Shown here: piece by piece, positions 1-14,530 of the stretch
How the letters are laid out: each line of letters starts with the position of its first letter
Numbering within the stretch: position 1 is the first letter of the stretch
Source of the DNA: Octopus sinensis
Lineage: Eukaryota
Length of the DNA stretch: 64,000 bases
Direction: 5' to 3'
Assembly: GCF_006345805.1 (NCBI RefSeq)
Contig: NC_043006.1
Location: 16,182,001-16,246,000 of the forward strand
Translations under genes and position numbers: made by a program
Notes under the pieces: model-generated
The model's database searches: none
What the model saw: only the letters and a program-made list of their open reading frames with translations
What the model was told of the DNA's origin: nothing

Positions 1-90
1 CCTTTGGCAAGTGTCTTCAACTATGGTCTAGGACCGACCAAAGCCTCGTGAGTGGATTTGGAAGACGGAAACTGAAAGAAGCCCGTCGTA

Positions 91-129
<39 letters not shown>

Positions 130-144
130 TTTTTGTGTGTGTGT

Positions 145-181
<37 letters not shown>

Positions 182-388
182 TTGTGTGTCTGTGTTATCC
201 CCCAACGTCGCTTGACAACCGATGCTGGTGTGTCTACGTCCCCGTAACTTAGCGGTTCGGCAAAAGAAACTGATAGAATAAGTACTAGGCTTATATAGAA
301 TAAGTCCTGGGATCGATTTGTTCGACTAAAGACGGTGCTCCAGCATGGCCAAAGTCAAATGACTGAAACAAATAAAAGAATAAAAGAG
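1..388 (+). mobile_element. tRNA-derived SINE family A (CORE-like), 5' end cut by window edge
   Basis: Matches full copies at 23143, 45660, 52091 and 56587; internal (TA)n(TG)n; tail GGTGCTCCAGCATGGCC...GACTGAAAA-type ending in TAAAAGAG. Confidence 0.9.
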
Positions 389-559
389 TAAGTGTGTGGG
401 GGTGCTTGCGTGTGTGGGGGTGCGTGCATGTGTGTCTGTGTATGAATATGTGTGTATTTAATACTTTGCTATTTTTAAAGTCATAACAATGCAACTTATG
501 CGAAATAATAAAAGTCAACGATTTGTACTTTTAACTTATATTTCAATATTTCGGGGTGA

Positions 560-1307
560 GAATCCCTTTTTCAGGAAATCTACTTCTTCATCGCAAGAAA
601 GTGAAGCCACGTTTAGGACATAAGATGGAGCAACGAATGGGTCAAGGGTGCCTGGGTGGTAGAAGTAAGAGACCATCTAACACCGAAGAACAGAAGCCTT
701 TATAGAGACGATAATTAAAAGAAAACAAAGTGGGAACAAACATAACTGTGACTCAAGGGCTAGAGTGTAACTGGTAATGACTAAATGCAAATTAGTTGAA
801 TGGCCCTTCTGTGAATGCGATCCGAGATATGTGCGCGTAACAGCAACGTCATTCCATTTGTAGGCGCAGTACTCCATCAAATTCTTACTTTGATCCTTAT
901 AGAGTGTCAAAAGTTGTTGGGGGGATGAAATATTTTCTGATCCTAAAGGACACTGTCCTGGCTATACTAACGATGTGCTTCACCAGGCGAGTTCCTCGAT
1001 GATAGTAAGACTTAGCATTTGGAACGGCTGTACCGCTTATGTTTCGAGATGGGAATACGATGAGTATTTTTTTCTTGACATGGGAAGCGCTTGAGTTGGT
1101 TTTTTTTTATTGATGACCTGAAGTTGAATGGGAAAATGTTCGTGTGGCCGAATTGAAGGAGATTCTCAAAGCTTATCTAATCTGCATGTGGATGGTACAT
1201 ATTTGTGGGGTGGATGTTAGGGAGCATTGAAGGATCGTGTCGCCTGAATCGTATAAGAGTGGGCTTTATTAGATATTTTAGCAAGTAGATCATTGATGTA
1301 TAGAAGG

Positions 1308-1368
<61 letters not shown>

Positions 1369-2800
1369 AACAAAACCAAACTCTAGGGAACACCAGAGTC
1401 GCTTATGAATATGTCAAATAGAGCTCCATTAAAACATACCCCGATTGTGCGATCGGTTACGAAGCTGCCGGTTTAAAAGATGGAAGACGTTTTCACAGGA
1501 GATTTGCATGCCAGACACGATGGAAACTTTTGTTAATGTCTACAGCAACATCATTACTCACACCCAACTTCTCTCAAATGAAAGCTCACTGGTGAGTTGT
1601 ATAAGAGAGTGGGTTGCCAGTGGAGCTGGCTCTGTGGAAGCCGAACAAATGGTTATTGAAAAGATAGATGCGTTCAAGGTTTGATTGAGAATGTCATTGC
1701 TAGTGGCTACCGTCATTATCTTTGAAATGTTAGAGGTAAGAGAAATAGAACAATGGTTGGCTGGTTCAGAGATGTTGCCTTTTCTTTTAGATTGGGACAA
1801 AATGAAGTTTGCTTCCAAATTTCAAGGTTTATCTCCGTAGAAAGTGCGAGATTAAAGGGTTTGGTAAGCATAGGTGCAAGTTCTGGAGCACTATTTTTAA
1901 GTGTAATGGAAGGGATATTGTCAGAACCGATGATCTTATTTTTTCGATACAACTAAAAATATTTCTGCACCTTCCCTGTGTGTAAGCAGGGGCAAGTGAA
2001 GCAGCGTAGATTTGGAGAACTTATCCAGGTGTGTGTAGTGCAGCTATGGATTCAAAGTAGACAATGGATACTTTTTCACGAAGGAACTGCTTACAGAGTC
2101 ATTTTTGCTTAGAAAAAACGGAAAAGAGGACTCCTCGGGATTTGTGGGGAGCTCTTTGGCATGGAGCCAGAAGGATTATCTGCAGTTTGGAAGACAGAAA
2201 GTTTGAGGGCCGTGTGATACACGAGAGGACTTTGCTGACCGAATGGTGATTTTACAAGATTTGCGGTGCTGGGCGAAGCTTTGGAGAGTGAGAGATTCTC
2301 AAAGTTCTAAAAGCATTGTTTTTAACTCGAGCAACTACGGCGCAGCTGGAGATTAAGTTATTTTTGTGTGGCATGTAGGACATTCCTATGAGCATGATTT
2401 CTGTCACTTGTCTTACAGTTTCTGATGAGTCACAGTTAAATCAGGTGAGAAGCTGCTGTAAATATCTGGTCGAATGATCCGATGAGTGTAGAGACAGAGT
2501 CTGGAGAGGTAAAGTTTCGAGATGATGAAGACATCACAAGTGTTTAGGTGGGGGTGTATTTGTGTCGGACTGGAATGCAAGTAGGAGATGAAGCAAGTTG
2601 GCGTAAAGAGTTGAGAGTAGCAAATGATTCGGTTTCTACTACTGGCAGTTTGGTGTGGGATGAGTGTCAGTGTCATTAGGAGTTGCAGTCATTGAAGTCA
2701 CTGAGGAAGATAACTTCGGAGAGTAGAAATATGGTCAAAGTGTAACTGGTAGTTTGAAGAATTTAGAGAGCAACAGAGGGAAATGTATTTAGGAGAATAA
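560..2800 (-). mobile_element. Decayed Jockey/CR1-group non-LTR retrotransposon (RT region, probably endonuclease region upstream)
   Basis: Minus-strand peptides GSDNIPSITLKNSAPELAPMLTKPFN, KGNISEPANHCSISLTSNISKIM and YKDQSKNLMEYCAYKW; frameshifted; (GA)n expansion at about 1308-1365. Boundaries approximate. Confidence 0.8.
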
Positions 2801-5143
2801 GGGAAGAAGTTTTTAACCAGTATAACTATACGTCGGTATTGCTAATATTTAGAGTGAAAAGTCGAGAAACAACGAGAGTGGCGTCTGCTTGTGCGCAGAC
2901 ACAAAATTTTGGAGTAAAATTTCAGTAAAGAGTGTATCTTGGACAAATGAGATGATTGCAAATAGTAGTTAAGAAATTTAGGTCTGAAGTTTTCACGTAA
3001 AAGATGAAATCTCGGTTGAAAAATGGCCTACGATGTTTGAGAAGAATGTAAAGTAATAGTCAACTGGCTTGATCTGATCTGGATCTTTTGGGGGGGGGGT
3101 TTTGCATTATAGGGAAACCTGTTCTTATTTAAATGCTTGTATTATTATTTAATTAGGTGTAGGTATGCGGAACAATAAGCCAAATTGTTTCGGTTATGAA
3201 TTTAAGGGGAGAATCTAATCACTAACACTAAACTATTTAGAACAATCACCATTTTATCATTTGCAAATGGTGCTTAAGGAAACGAAAAGCAACATTAATC
3301 TATAAATCTAAATATGATCAAAATATGATTAAAATACAAAACTAATTTTAGCCACATATTAAAAGCTAAATACGAGTTATATCTCTTGTACACTGATGGG
3401 CTCACTTCATTCGATGATGAGTAAGCAGAAAATAATGACTTCTTGCAGTGACTGGGACTCAGCATGCATTATCATGTATCATGTAGCAATATGGTAGACA
3501 CAATCTGCTGCAGGAATTCATTTTTCGATTTCGCTCTGAAATCTGAAAGGGACTTAAGTCATTTATATATCATTTGAAAGTATTCTTTAATTCTTTAATT
3601 TTTTAATTCTTTATTAATCGAATGAAATGAGTTTGGAATATATAGACAGATGGTGCTTGTCCGACTATAATTTGACTTATTAATAGTTTTGGGACCACTG
3701 ATCTAGACCTTAGGTACTTTTTAACACCATCGCCTAATGTAACGCTCCTATCAGACATGCTTTAGCAAAGTCCAGTTTGTGGCAAGCATTCGGGATAGGT
3801 CTTCAGTTTCAGGATACCTTCCGCTCGAACCCAGAATCTCGTGAATGCGAAGTAAACTTTATAACCTCACAGACATAAACATACTTTTTGCATATTCTTT
3901 TTACCTGACGAGTCTTTTATATGTCTATTCGGATTTACGAATATTTTGAGATAGTTATTTAATGTAGTACCACTGTTCAGCTTTGATATCGTATTATTAC
4001 GACTTAATTCTCGGTAGCCAGTATGAAAAAGCATGGTTTAACATCGTCGTTAAGTAAAGGGTTTAACATAAAGTTAACTTACAAAGAGCGTTGACTGAAT
4101 AGCCGAAGGCCCATATCCTTCTTGCAGAACAGCTCTCTATCATATTTGAGTTACATATCTTCTGATGCTCGAGCTAGCTGAGTCAAGAGTGCGTGCTAAA
4201 TTATCGTTCAAAGGGAATATTATTCATATCGTTTAACTGTGTATAATACGTTTACACTTACTGCTTCAATCTATCTTGATATGAATATATAGCATATGAT
4301 TATAAACAGCGAGGTTTACTACACAATTGACGTCTAATCCGTTATCTTAAACAGCTGTATTTGTAGTCTATGTATCTGTAGAAATCAATCAATTTGAAAG
4401 TACTCAGATCGAATTTTTGCCATTAGATTTGAGGAAATATCTGAACTGGACAACATTTCATTCCACAATAAACTGATCAAGCATAGAAATATTGTATTTG
4501 TAATTATCTTAAGTGAGTACTAAAGATTCTACGGCAACATTGAGCATGGAAATACTTTTTAAGTACCGGTAGAAAATGGATGATTATCACATGCTGTTAT
4601 TGTTATTTAAAGCTACGCTGAAAGAAAGAAATCTAAAGTTTTAGATACTTCTTTTTCTCGCCTTTTCTTAAAGATTGTTAACTAACGTATTTCCGTTGAT
4701 TGAGATGAGATTTATTTAACGTGATTGTTCTTTTAGAATGTGTTTTAGCAAGAAAATCAATTTCCCCAATCACTTCTTTCATTACTGTTCTCTTTGCGAA
4801 ATTCAATTGTAGCGTAAAACCGAGTTGATGTCTTATAACGCAAAGACATTTCCAAACATCAAACATAGTTACAGTTACGACAAAAGCAATTGAGTGGCAA
4901 AACAGAGGCATCAGAGTGGCGACCAAATGCTTTACAGTATTTAGTTCCTTCTCTCTCCTTTGTAAGTTCGTGTACCGCCACAGCTGACTTTGCCTTTCAT
5001 CCCATGTCTAGTATTATTGCATTGTAGATTCCCACATGGCGTCTTCGTGATAGTCCCGCAGCTAAAACAGTTCTTTTTCTTTTACTTCCGTTTTAAAATA
5101 AACATCCCCAAATTCTCATCAACAAATACATTCTCCCCCACAG

Positions 5144-5192
<49 letters not shown>

Positions 5193-5769
5193 TCTCTCTC
5201 TCTCTCCGACTGTTTCTTTACATTACCAAAATTGTCTTGATGAATCGCTTCTTATGGGTTCATTTGATTTATTGTTTACTTCGATAGAATTTATTTCTTA
5301 CAAAGAAAGGAATTCTTTCGGCTCTGAGTTACATTTATTTTCTTTGAAAATTGGTTTTGTTTCGTTTCGTTAAAAAAAATATACCCCTTCCTTTTATTTA
5401 TTTATTTATTTATTTATTTGTTAGTTTTTCGATTCTCTATTTTAACGATCTGCAACAAATCGAGTTTCCTTCTAGTATACGAGGCAATTTTTGTTTACGT
5501 GTTACTTTTCCCTGACGGCTTTCACATGTTGTAAGGCTATATATGCTTTCCATTTTATTTCATTTCAAAAAATAACATTTTAAGTTTTTTACGATGTTGT
5601 GGAAATGTACAGCGTTATATCTCACAGTACATATTCTCTATATTGTCTTGTGCTTTGATATAAATTCAATTTATTTTTCATATGTAATCAGTTTCTCATG
5701 CATTATAATAATGTCAATTGTTCATAGAGTAACATTTTGTTCAACCATTCTAATAAGTAGCTAACTTCA

Positions 5770-6611
5770 GTTTGTCCCTTGTGCCTAAGTATTCGTTAGG
5801 TACCTGGCACTTCATCGTAGTTCGACGCGAACCTGCGGCGAGAGAGATTGTATTTTGTGTACTTGAGATAACCTTGAAAGTAACTAACCAAAACACGCAC
5901 GAAAGCGGCAGAAAGTTGCAGGAAGATATATATTGTGTATGGAGAGGTTGCTGTTACGGAACATGAATACCAGAAATGGTTTTCAAGATTCCGATAAGGA
6001 ATGGATTGTGAAACGCAAATGATCATGGGGAAAGTGGGGCAACCACCACAAACAACCTCCAAAGCAGGCCTTGACGCCAAGAAGATTATGCTTTAATTGG
6101 GTGGGATGGAAGGATTTTGTCTTTTACGAGCTTCTTCCCACGGGTAGGACCATCAATTCGGATACGTATTGAGATCAGCTGAGCCCAGCGATCCCCCTGA
6201 AGTGTCCAGCACTTGCTAATCGTAAGGGCATTGTCCTTCATCTCAATGCCAGACTGCACACTCCTTTGCAGACGCAACAGAAGTTACTGGGGTTTGGCTG
6301 AGAAGTTTGCCACACCGTCCATATACACCCGTTCTTGAGATTTCCTCCTGTTTCGGTCTCTTCAAAATTCATTGAATGGACAGACCTTCAAATCTGAAGC
6401 GAATGTAAAAAATTTACCTCGAAGAGTTTTTCACCGGCAAAGACAGGAAAGTTCTTCGAGCAAGGAATAATGGACCTGCTCACGAGATGACAGAAGATAC
6501 TGAAACGAAACGGCAATGATATCATTGATTGAACACGCCGCTTCGTGCTTAAAATTTGTGTCTTATTTTCACTAGAAAAGAAAAACGAACAGACTTTTTG
6601 GCCAGTATAAT
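5770..6611 (+). mobile_element. Mariner transposase remnant
   Basis: Peptides KAAESCRKIYIVYGEVAVTEHEYQKWFSRFR, KAGLDAKKIML, FYELLP, PHRPYTP, FRSLQNSLNGQTF and GIMDLLTR*QKILKRNGNDIID*; many disablements. Confidence 0.85.
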
Positions 6612-6821
6612 CATTCGTGTACTTCGCAATAAGATTCGAAATTTAAATACTGTACCGGATTCTTAGTTTAACATTATTACTATGAAGAAAAATTTAAATT
6701 AGTAAAAAATATTTACTCATGTATCTAATAGCCACATTTCCTCTTGGATTTGTTGCTACTAAAGAAAAACCTGAACAGTTTCCTTCAATTCTGTATTTTA
6801 CTTTATAACTGAAGACACATT

Positions 6822-7421
6822 AAGGCGGCGAGCTGGCAGAAATGTTAGCGCGCCGGGTGAAATGCTTAGCGGTATTTCGGCTGCCGTTACGTTCTGAGTT
6901 CAAATTCCGCCGAGGTCGACTTTGCCTTTCATCCTTTCGGAGTCGAGAAAATAAGTACCAGTTACGCACTAGGGTCGATCTAATCGACTTAATCCGTTTG
7001 TCCTTGTTTGTCCCCTCTGTGTTTAGCCCCTTATGAACAGTAAAGAAATAGGTATTTCATCTGCCGCTGCGTTCTGAGTTCAGATTCCGCCGAGGTCGAC
7101 TTTGCCTTTCATCCTTTCGGGGTCGATAAATAAAGTACCAGTTTCGCACTGGGGTCGATGTAATCGACTTAATCCGTTTGTCTGTCCTTGTTTGTCACCT
7201 CTGTGTGTAGCCCCTTGTCGGCAGTAAAGAAATAGGTATGTCGTCTGCCGCTACGTTCTGAGTTCAGATTCCGCCGAGGCCGACTTTGCCTTTCATCCTT
7301 TCGGGGTCGATAAATAAAGTGCCAGTTTCGCGCTGGGGGTCGATGTAATCGCCTTAATCCCTTTGTTTTTCCTTGTTAGTCTCCTCTATGTTTAGCCCCT
7401 TGTGTGGGTAGTAAAGAAATA
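6822..7421 (+). mobile_element. SINE family B (tRNA head plus Deu/Nin-like domain), one head followed by three tandem bodies
   Basis: Head AAGGCGGCGAGCTGGCAGAA, B-box GAGTTCAAATTCC, domain GACTTTGCCTTTCATCCTTTCGGGGTCGATAAA..AAGTACCAG; units start at 6871, 7051 and 7235; 15-bp TSD TATAACTGAAGACAC at 6804-6818 and 7422-7436. Confidence 0.9.
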
Positions 7422-7427
7422 TATAAC

Positions 7428-7670
7428 TGAAGACACGTGACTTGGTGGTTAGAATGTTGAACTCACGATCGCAAGATCTCGGTTTCGATTCCTAGACCGG
7501 GAGGTGCGTAGTGTTCTTGAGCAAAACACTTCGTTGTACTGCGATCACTTCGACACCTAACGTGTAGCGCACCGTGCAACTATACAGGCAATGTCGATTT
7601 GGGGGAGGGAGTGAGATCATATACAAACAGATTTTCACTATAAACAAATCATTTGTGCAGATTGTTCAGC
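7428..7670 (+). mobile_element. Older tRNA-derived SINE (head related to families C/D)
   Basis: GTGGTTAG...GGTTTCGATTCC boxes and GTGTTCTTGAGCAAAACACTTC, which also occurs in the 20749 element. Confidence 0.65.
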
Positions 7671-7767
7671 TAGATTATAATTAACTTTATAATTCATATA
7701 TGTCAAGAAGCAATATACAGTACTCATGACCTTTAAAATTAATTATATATATATTAATGAAATAGAT

Positions 7768-8200
7768 AAGGCGGCGCTGGCAGAACTGATTGCGTGCCGA
7801 GCAAAATGCTTTGCGGCATTTCGTCCCGTCTTTTCGTTCAAATTCTGCCGTAGTCGACCTTGCCTATCGTCTTTTTGGAGTCGATAAAATAAGTATCAGT
7901 TGGGGGTCTATGTAATCGGCTTACCCCTCCCCTAAAATAACTGGCTTTGTGTCAGAATTTGAAACCAGTATCTATGAAGTAGATAAGGCGGTGAGCTGGC
8001 ATAATCGTTACCACGCCGGACAAAATGCTTAGCAGCATTTCTTCGGACTTTACGTAGTGTGTTCAAATGCTACCTGTGTCGACTTTGCTTTTCATCTTTT
8101 CTGGGTTGATAAAATAAATACTAGTTGAGTACTGGGATCAATATAATTGACTAGCCCCACCTCCTCGAAATTGCTGGCCTTGTGCCTAAATTTGAAACCA
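7768..8200 (+). mobile_element. Two diverged family B-related SINEs
   Basis: Heads at about 7768 and 7985 (AAGGCGG..CTGGCA), GTCGACTTTGC..TCATC domain, ends TTTGAAACCA. Confidence 0.75.
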
Positions 8201-11200
8201 ATATTTATGAATTAGATTGTGTTAGTTGTCAGAATCTTTAGAGACTCAAATAGAATACCATTCGCTAAGTCTTCAACTTCACCTTTTATACTTTCGAGAT
8301 TAATAAATAAAGTAATTGACCAGTGTAATGGATTACGGGGTACATTAGAGAATCGCAGGAGTTGCTGCGTGGTAATCATTCTGCTTTCTCGTAGTTTAAC
8401 GTCATTAAGTCTGACGACACTAGTGTTAAACTGTAACGGCTTTTGGACAACATCCATGACATGGAAAAGGAGAAATGCATCCATAAACAACTCTTGATCT
8501 TCAGTAAAAAATACCTTGCCGAGGTCTGCACCTCGAGGAGAAAATTTTTTTTAAGATACACAGGTAATCTACTGCTAGATGGTGGATAACCTGACAAGGG
8601 GAGCAGTCTTTCAGCTACCTATTAAGGCCACCAGGTGATGCAATCGCTAAATTCGGTAGTTTGCCAGTGATAATCCACAGAAGCAGGCACACGGGAAACA
8701 AACAACGGCTGACATAAATGCGAACCTAAATGAATCAATGAATTAGTATTTTGATAAAAAAAGTTTTGAAAAGATTCTCCGTTAAACTAATATAAATTAT
8801 TGACGTAGTGTTAGTTTTTAACTACTTCTTACTTAGCACACTAAACTAAGACTTCCAAGATCAATTATCATTGAGATGCCAATTATTTAGATTAATGTAA
8901 TTTCAGGAAGTATAACACTTAGACTATTAGATTACTATCGCTGAGAAGACTGTTCGAGTTGAAATGGTTGAGCTTGTAAAATTTTAACATCAAGAATAGT
9001 TTCTGTTGAAAATGTTTTGATATCGAAAGAAATTTAATTTAAAAACTCGTTGGCATTATTTGAAATTATCACTACCTTCAACGTAGACGAAAAAATAAAA
9101 CCTAACATTCAGTCTCATACACATCGTACTTTACTATTAAATATCCATTTAGTTAACAACCAACAATGTTGGATAAGGAAAACAATGTACTTGAGTTATC
9201 CACTAATTCACTCTTTATTGTATAAAAAAAAGTAGGGGGTATCTTTCAAGACCTGAGGGAAGGCAGTGTTCATTCCTCATTCCATAGGAGTAGAGACTGA
9301 TGGGAAGGAGGGAAAAATACCCTTGCAACAAAATGGGTTACACTAAATATACTAAGGTATCAACTGATGGCATTAAACCACCAATGCGGGTCAAGTCCAC
9401 CAAACAGGTCATGGCGAAATTTGAACTAAAAATGCAAAGATCAGGAACAAATACTGCAAATTATCCGGTCCGACATTCTTACAGTCCCGCTAATCCATCA
9501 CCTTTACTATTTAGTCATCGACCCCAAAAGAATGAAGGCTAAAGTTGATCTCGGCAGGATTCGAGCTAAGAGAGTCAGAACAAATACCGCTAAACGTTGT
9601 CCAACACTCCAATGACTTTGCCCATTCACTGCTTTATTTGCCAATATACAATATACCAATATACAATATACAAACGTATAGATGAATACACCAATATACA
9701 AATATACAATATACAGTATAATACACCAATATACAAACGTATAGATGAAATATAAATCAGTTATATGTATTGCACTGTTCTTAAGATAAGGTTACACACC
9801 TAATTTATTACCTTTCACATAAAAAAAATTTGGTTACATTTTTTTATCGTCTACATTTGTTCGATTTATACTATTTTATATTCAGCAACGATCATTCTAC
9901 CCTAATCAACAGCTTCCTTCTTCCCTTCTATTAACTTCATTAAATGATATATATTTTGACTTGAAATCAATCACGACTTTGCTTAAATTTAAATTATATA
10001 AATAATATAACACGAGGGAAGTGTTTTGTTGACAGCGGTCCAATCCTAACATGGGTTTTTACTTCGAGGAGCACTTTTTTAAAGTCAATTTTGTTTATTA
10101 CTTTTTAATTAATGCATTCGATTCAGAAAAAAAAGCATGCAATTAACATGCCTTAAAATGAATAATTATATGATTATTGATTAATTTGTTTTTGCTTTTT
10201 TTATTTAGTTTTTTTTTTTCTATAACACACCTCATAAATATGTAAATATTTTTCTCTTCATTTTCAAATTTAAATTCAAGATTAGAGTGCAAGACTGACA
10301 TTTACAGCAGAGATAACTGATTCCACTTTAAAACTGCCAAGATGATTATTATAACCGGTGAAATAAGATGTTCTGCTGTTGATGATGAGTACATTTCTGT
10401 TGCTACTATTTAACGAAATTATCATTTCAAAAATTAAATGAACCGCCGCAGAGTTAAGAATTGATCATAAATCAATATTGCTGAACATATTCGCAAAAAG
10501 AACTGTTGTTAGAACATAATGAGATACCAAACCCAGTGGTCTGCGATTGGCAACAATTAATCACATGAAAAATCTAATAGCGGAGTTCGATAATTCCACT
10601 TGATACGAGGATTAACAATTAACAATTTTAGCATTTTTGGTCGCTTGTCATTCATCAGAGAGAAAAGAATGTAAAGTATTCAACTGCGGTTTATAAGTTC
10701 GCTTTAATTTTTAATTTTAATTAGAAAATAAAGAAAATAAAAAGGAAATACTTACGCATGTAACAGATAGCCAGAGCAAATAAATCAATAGTTATTCATT
10801 TATGGTATGTTAATTGCGTTATTGATCTTTTCTTAATCAAATGCCTTAATTAATGGGTGATAAATGAAATATTTAGATTGCAGCTCATTCAAAAAACACC
10901 TCTCTCGTGTTACTTTATTTATATACATTAACTTTAAACAAAGCCATGATTGTTTTGAAATCAAAATGTGTACAATATAATACACCCAACTAAAAGAAAG
11001 ACGGACATTTCTTGGTTAGGGTAGAATAAGCATTAGGGTAGAATATAAAATAACAACATACGAAATGTACAAAATGCAGTCGGTAAAAAATTGTAATTAA
11101 AATGATTTACGTGAAAAGTCACAAATTGGAATTTAACGTTTTTGTGAGAACAATGGAAATACACATAATACGTTATTATCGTATGATGTATATTTTCTGC

Positions 11201-13949
11201 AGCCGATATTTTATTTGTACTTGTTTTCGGAGTTGTTGCTTTGATCATAAGCTTTTAAGCTATTTCAGCTAATAATTAAATCAATAACACCTTATCTTTC
11301 TCCAACACTCTCCGTCAAAGACTAACAACCCGAAACGTTAACGTCTTCACTTTTGATGTTAGATAGTTACTGATATTTTGAACACTTTAAGAGAAAGAGA
11401 AATACATTATTGGAAGTTTCATTTAGAACACATCCTTCAAAATATAAATGAATACAAGGCCCTGAAGAAAGACTATTGTTAGTAATTCTGCAGGAAACTA
11501 AGTGAATTATATTGATTTGAAGTTACTTAGATTCATTCCATTTAGGAATTATAAGTGAAAAATTATTACAAAATATTTTTATCATTATCAAATATTGAAA
11601 GCTGTTATTAAATGTAGATTGATTGTCAGTATCTAGAAAACTATTGCAAGAGATATTTTGAAGTTAACGTACTTTTTTATGAACTGTAATAAATTATTCC
11701 TTTGTATTCTAATTATTGTTCAAGTAGATTTTGACTGAATTAAACGATGTATGATTACGTAAAAGACTTTCGTCTTAATGTCGTCTGCTTCATTAAAAAA
11801 ATTGATGCAGACATTTATACTTAACCAGTCTGTAGAGAGCGTTGGCTTTTACTTATTTATTGTCAGCCATTTGTAAAATGACATTGCTGGTAAAGCTAAA
11901 TTTCTCGAAATTCCTACATTTCAAGTCATCTGAGGATAAATGCATAAATGGAAGAAATTTATTGTGCTATAACATTTGTTGTATTTTATTTTGAGTTTAA
12001 GATTTGACAATCTCTTGATATTGACATTAAATTATAAATTTACAGTAATATGTCATATACTCACATAAATATGCACCGATCTGTAGCCATTATATGTAGT
12101 ATAGGTTTAATATATTTTATGAACATGCGAAAGTTAACGAGAAGCAGTTACGACTGAAAGAAAAAAATACTTTTAATTATTTTGGCAATTACGAGTCACA
12201 AATCTGAGGTTTGATTCCCTTGTATTTGCCAGAATAGAAATGAGAGAATCAGTAAGAATGTATACTAGCTGACGTAAAAAACTGGAGTTGTGTAGAGAAT
12301 AAATTACTGAGAGATAGTATTTGCATGAAAAGCAATAGTTAAGTTAGCGTTATCATATTTAGTGATGCAGGTAACATTAAGTTTCTAAGAAGTAATTATT
12401 GTACGGTAAAGTGGGGAGCAATATTAGTCATTTTGTAATGTTGTTTCAATTATTTTTGCAAAAACAGCAGACAACTCTGGTCATATTTTGATCATATTAT
12501 AGCCTCATCAGCAAAGTAGAAACTTCACCATCTTTGAAGATATGATGAGAGAATCACTACGTTAATGTTCAAAAATGTACAAAAGTGTACATTTGTTGGG
12601 GCAGAGAAACTAACATTCATAGTGATATAATATAAATCTGCGTGTGTGTCTGTGAGGAGGGAATGCTTTAAAGTAGACAGTGTTTCAGTTTAGATGTAAT
12701 TTCACTCTATGGAAAGTGAGAACATCAAAATATATTAATTTATAAGATTAGCTTGGTACCCATCTTTTTGGAGTGTGGACATAAATCGGCTCCAGTACTT
12801 TATTTTATCGAACCCAGAATGATGAAAGATAAACACAACCTCGATGGGATTTAAACTGAAAATGTAAAGGTACGCAGCCAAATAGTATTGGGATTTCTTA
12901 GAGGGGCAATAGTTTGAAAACATTGGAACAATACTCAGATCTGATTTTACCAATCTACCTTCCTTTATTTGAAAATATGCTATTAAGAGAAAAAGTCGTT
13001 CGAAAGACAAATTTGTACAGCGTAAACAAATAAATACATATATGTTGCAAAGGTTATAGTTTTGATGCAATAGTTACAGATATTCGAATAGGTTAGGGAT
13101 ACAGGTAGCACGCCAGTAACTGTGTCTTTTTTTTTTCAGAAATAATAGCAGAATATTATCTAAAGCAACAAGAGCATCTGGAAGATTAGATAACATTTTT
13201 GTTAGTTTCGTTCCACTTAGAGAAGGGTAAAGGGAACACTTTTAGGTGCATCATATCCCAACGTGAACCGTGGCCTACAGATAGTAACGTGGATGCCAAA
13301 ACACTGATATAACCTGTTGATTTTCATTTATGTGTGGGTTAGCCCTAAACGATGTTTATCCCCACTCAAACCTGCATGTTCTATTGGAACAAACTTGCCA
13401 TGAAAGAGAATCTCACATTGGCCTCTTTGGTGGAAAATGCACCCTTGTTTATATCGCTAGAGGAGAGACAAATAGCCGCTACATCAGCGCTGAGACCACC
13501 AGACCACGTTTTCGACCTTGTTTGATCTTGTCAATGACGGACACCCGACCCCTAGACACAGCAACGATTCATCTGGTGAAAATTGGGAGATTTGGCTCCC
13601 CGCTGGCGATATATACAAGAATGCATTTTACACCAAAATGTCAATGTGAGAATTTCTCACATGGCAAACTACCGCAGTAAGATTTGTTCTAATGGAACAT
13701 TCACATTTAAGTGAACGTTCCTCTCGATATTGTATGTGTTTATTATTTTCTTTATTGCACGTCCTTATTTTTAGACAAAATTTCTTCTTTCTATAACGTC
13801 CATGATCCACCCAAACCCGTACAGTATTTATATAATTTTTGTTTTGTTATCCCTACACGTCTTTGCAAACTTCCTTTTTTTAACGTGCCATATTCAATTT
13901 ATGAATGAACTTGAATATTTTTGCGCTTTATGACTAAATAAAGGATTTT

Positions 13950-14195
13950 TATCATCATCATCGTCATCGTCATCATCGTCATCGTCATCCTCGTCATTTT
14001 TGTCGTCATCGTTGTCGTCGTCGCTATCATCATCCTCATCATCAACATCATTATTGTTGCTGTTGTTCCTGATGTTCTTGTTCTTATTGTTCATGTTATT
14101 ATTATCATAATCATCATCATCTCCATCTTCATCATTATCATTATTATTATTGTTGTTGCAACTATTATTTGATCACCATCATCATCATCATCACT
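13950..14195. repeat. Trinucleotide low-complexity tract (TCA/TCG/TTA/TTG)
   Basis: Directly visible; source of the poly-Asp pseudo-ORF. Confidence 0.9.
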
Positions 14196-14291
14196 ATTGT
14201 TACTGATTTCTTTTGCCCTGAGCAGACATCTGTAACAGAATTAACAAAAGAATTTGAATATGACCACGTTTTACTTCATAAAAAATTCCCA

Positions 14292-14304
14292 ATTATTATT
14301 GTTA

Positions 14305-14375
<71 letters not shown>

Positions 14376-14377
14376 AC

Positions 14378-14420
<43 letters not shown>

Positions 14421-14449
14421 GTTGTTGTTGTTGTTGTTGTTGTTGTTAC

Positions 14450-14483
<34 letters not shown>

Positions 14484-14530
14484 GTTATTGTTATTGTTGT
14501 TGTTACTATTATTATTATTATTATTATTAT
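14292..14530. repeat. Compound (TTA)n(TTG)n microsatellite
   Basis: Directly visible; source of the poly-I/V/L pseudo-ORFs. Confidence 0.95.

Noticed and set aside
6871-7421. CRISPR-like or satellite array
   Set aside because: Units are SINE bodies without unique spacers; eukaryotic context; no cas genes.
11310-11345. Hammerhead-like CCCGAAACGTTA
   Set aside because: No CUGANGA core and no stem II.
13120-13235. Possible exon (poly-T CAG acceptor, GGTAAAG donor)
   Set aside because: Such signals are common in AT-rich DNA; no recognisable peptide or neighbouring exons.
13330-13680. 116-aa ORF in a GC-richer island
   Set aside because: No recognisable domain on either strand by eye; probably an old repeat. 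BLASTX is needed.
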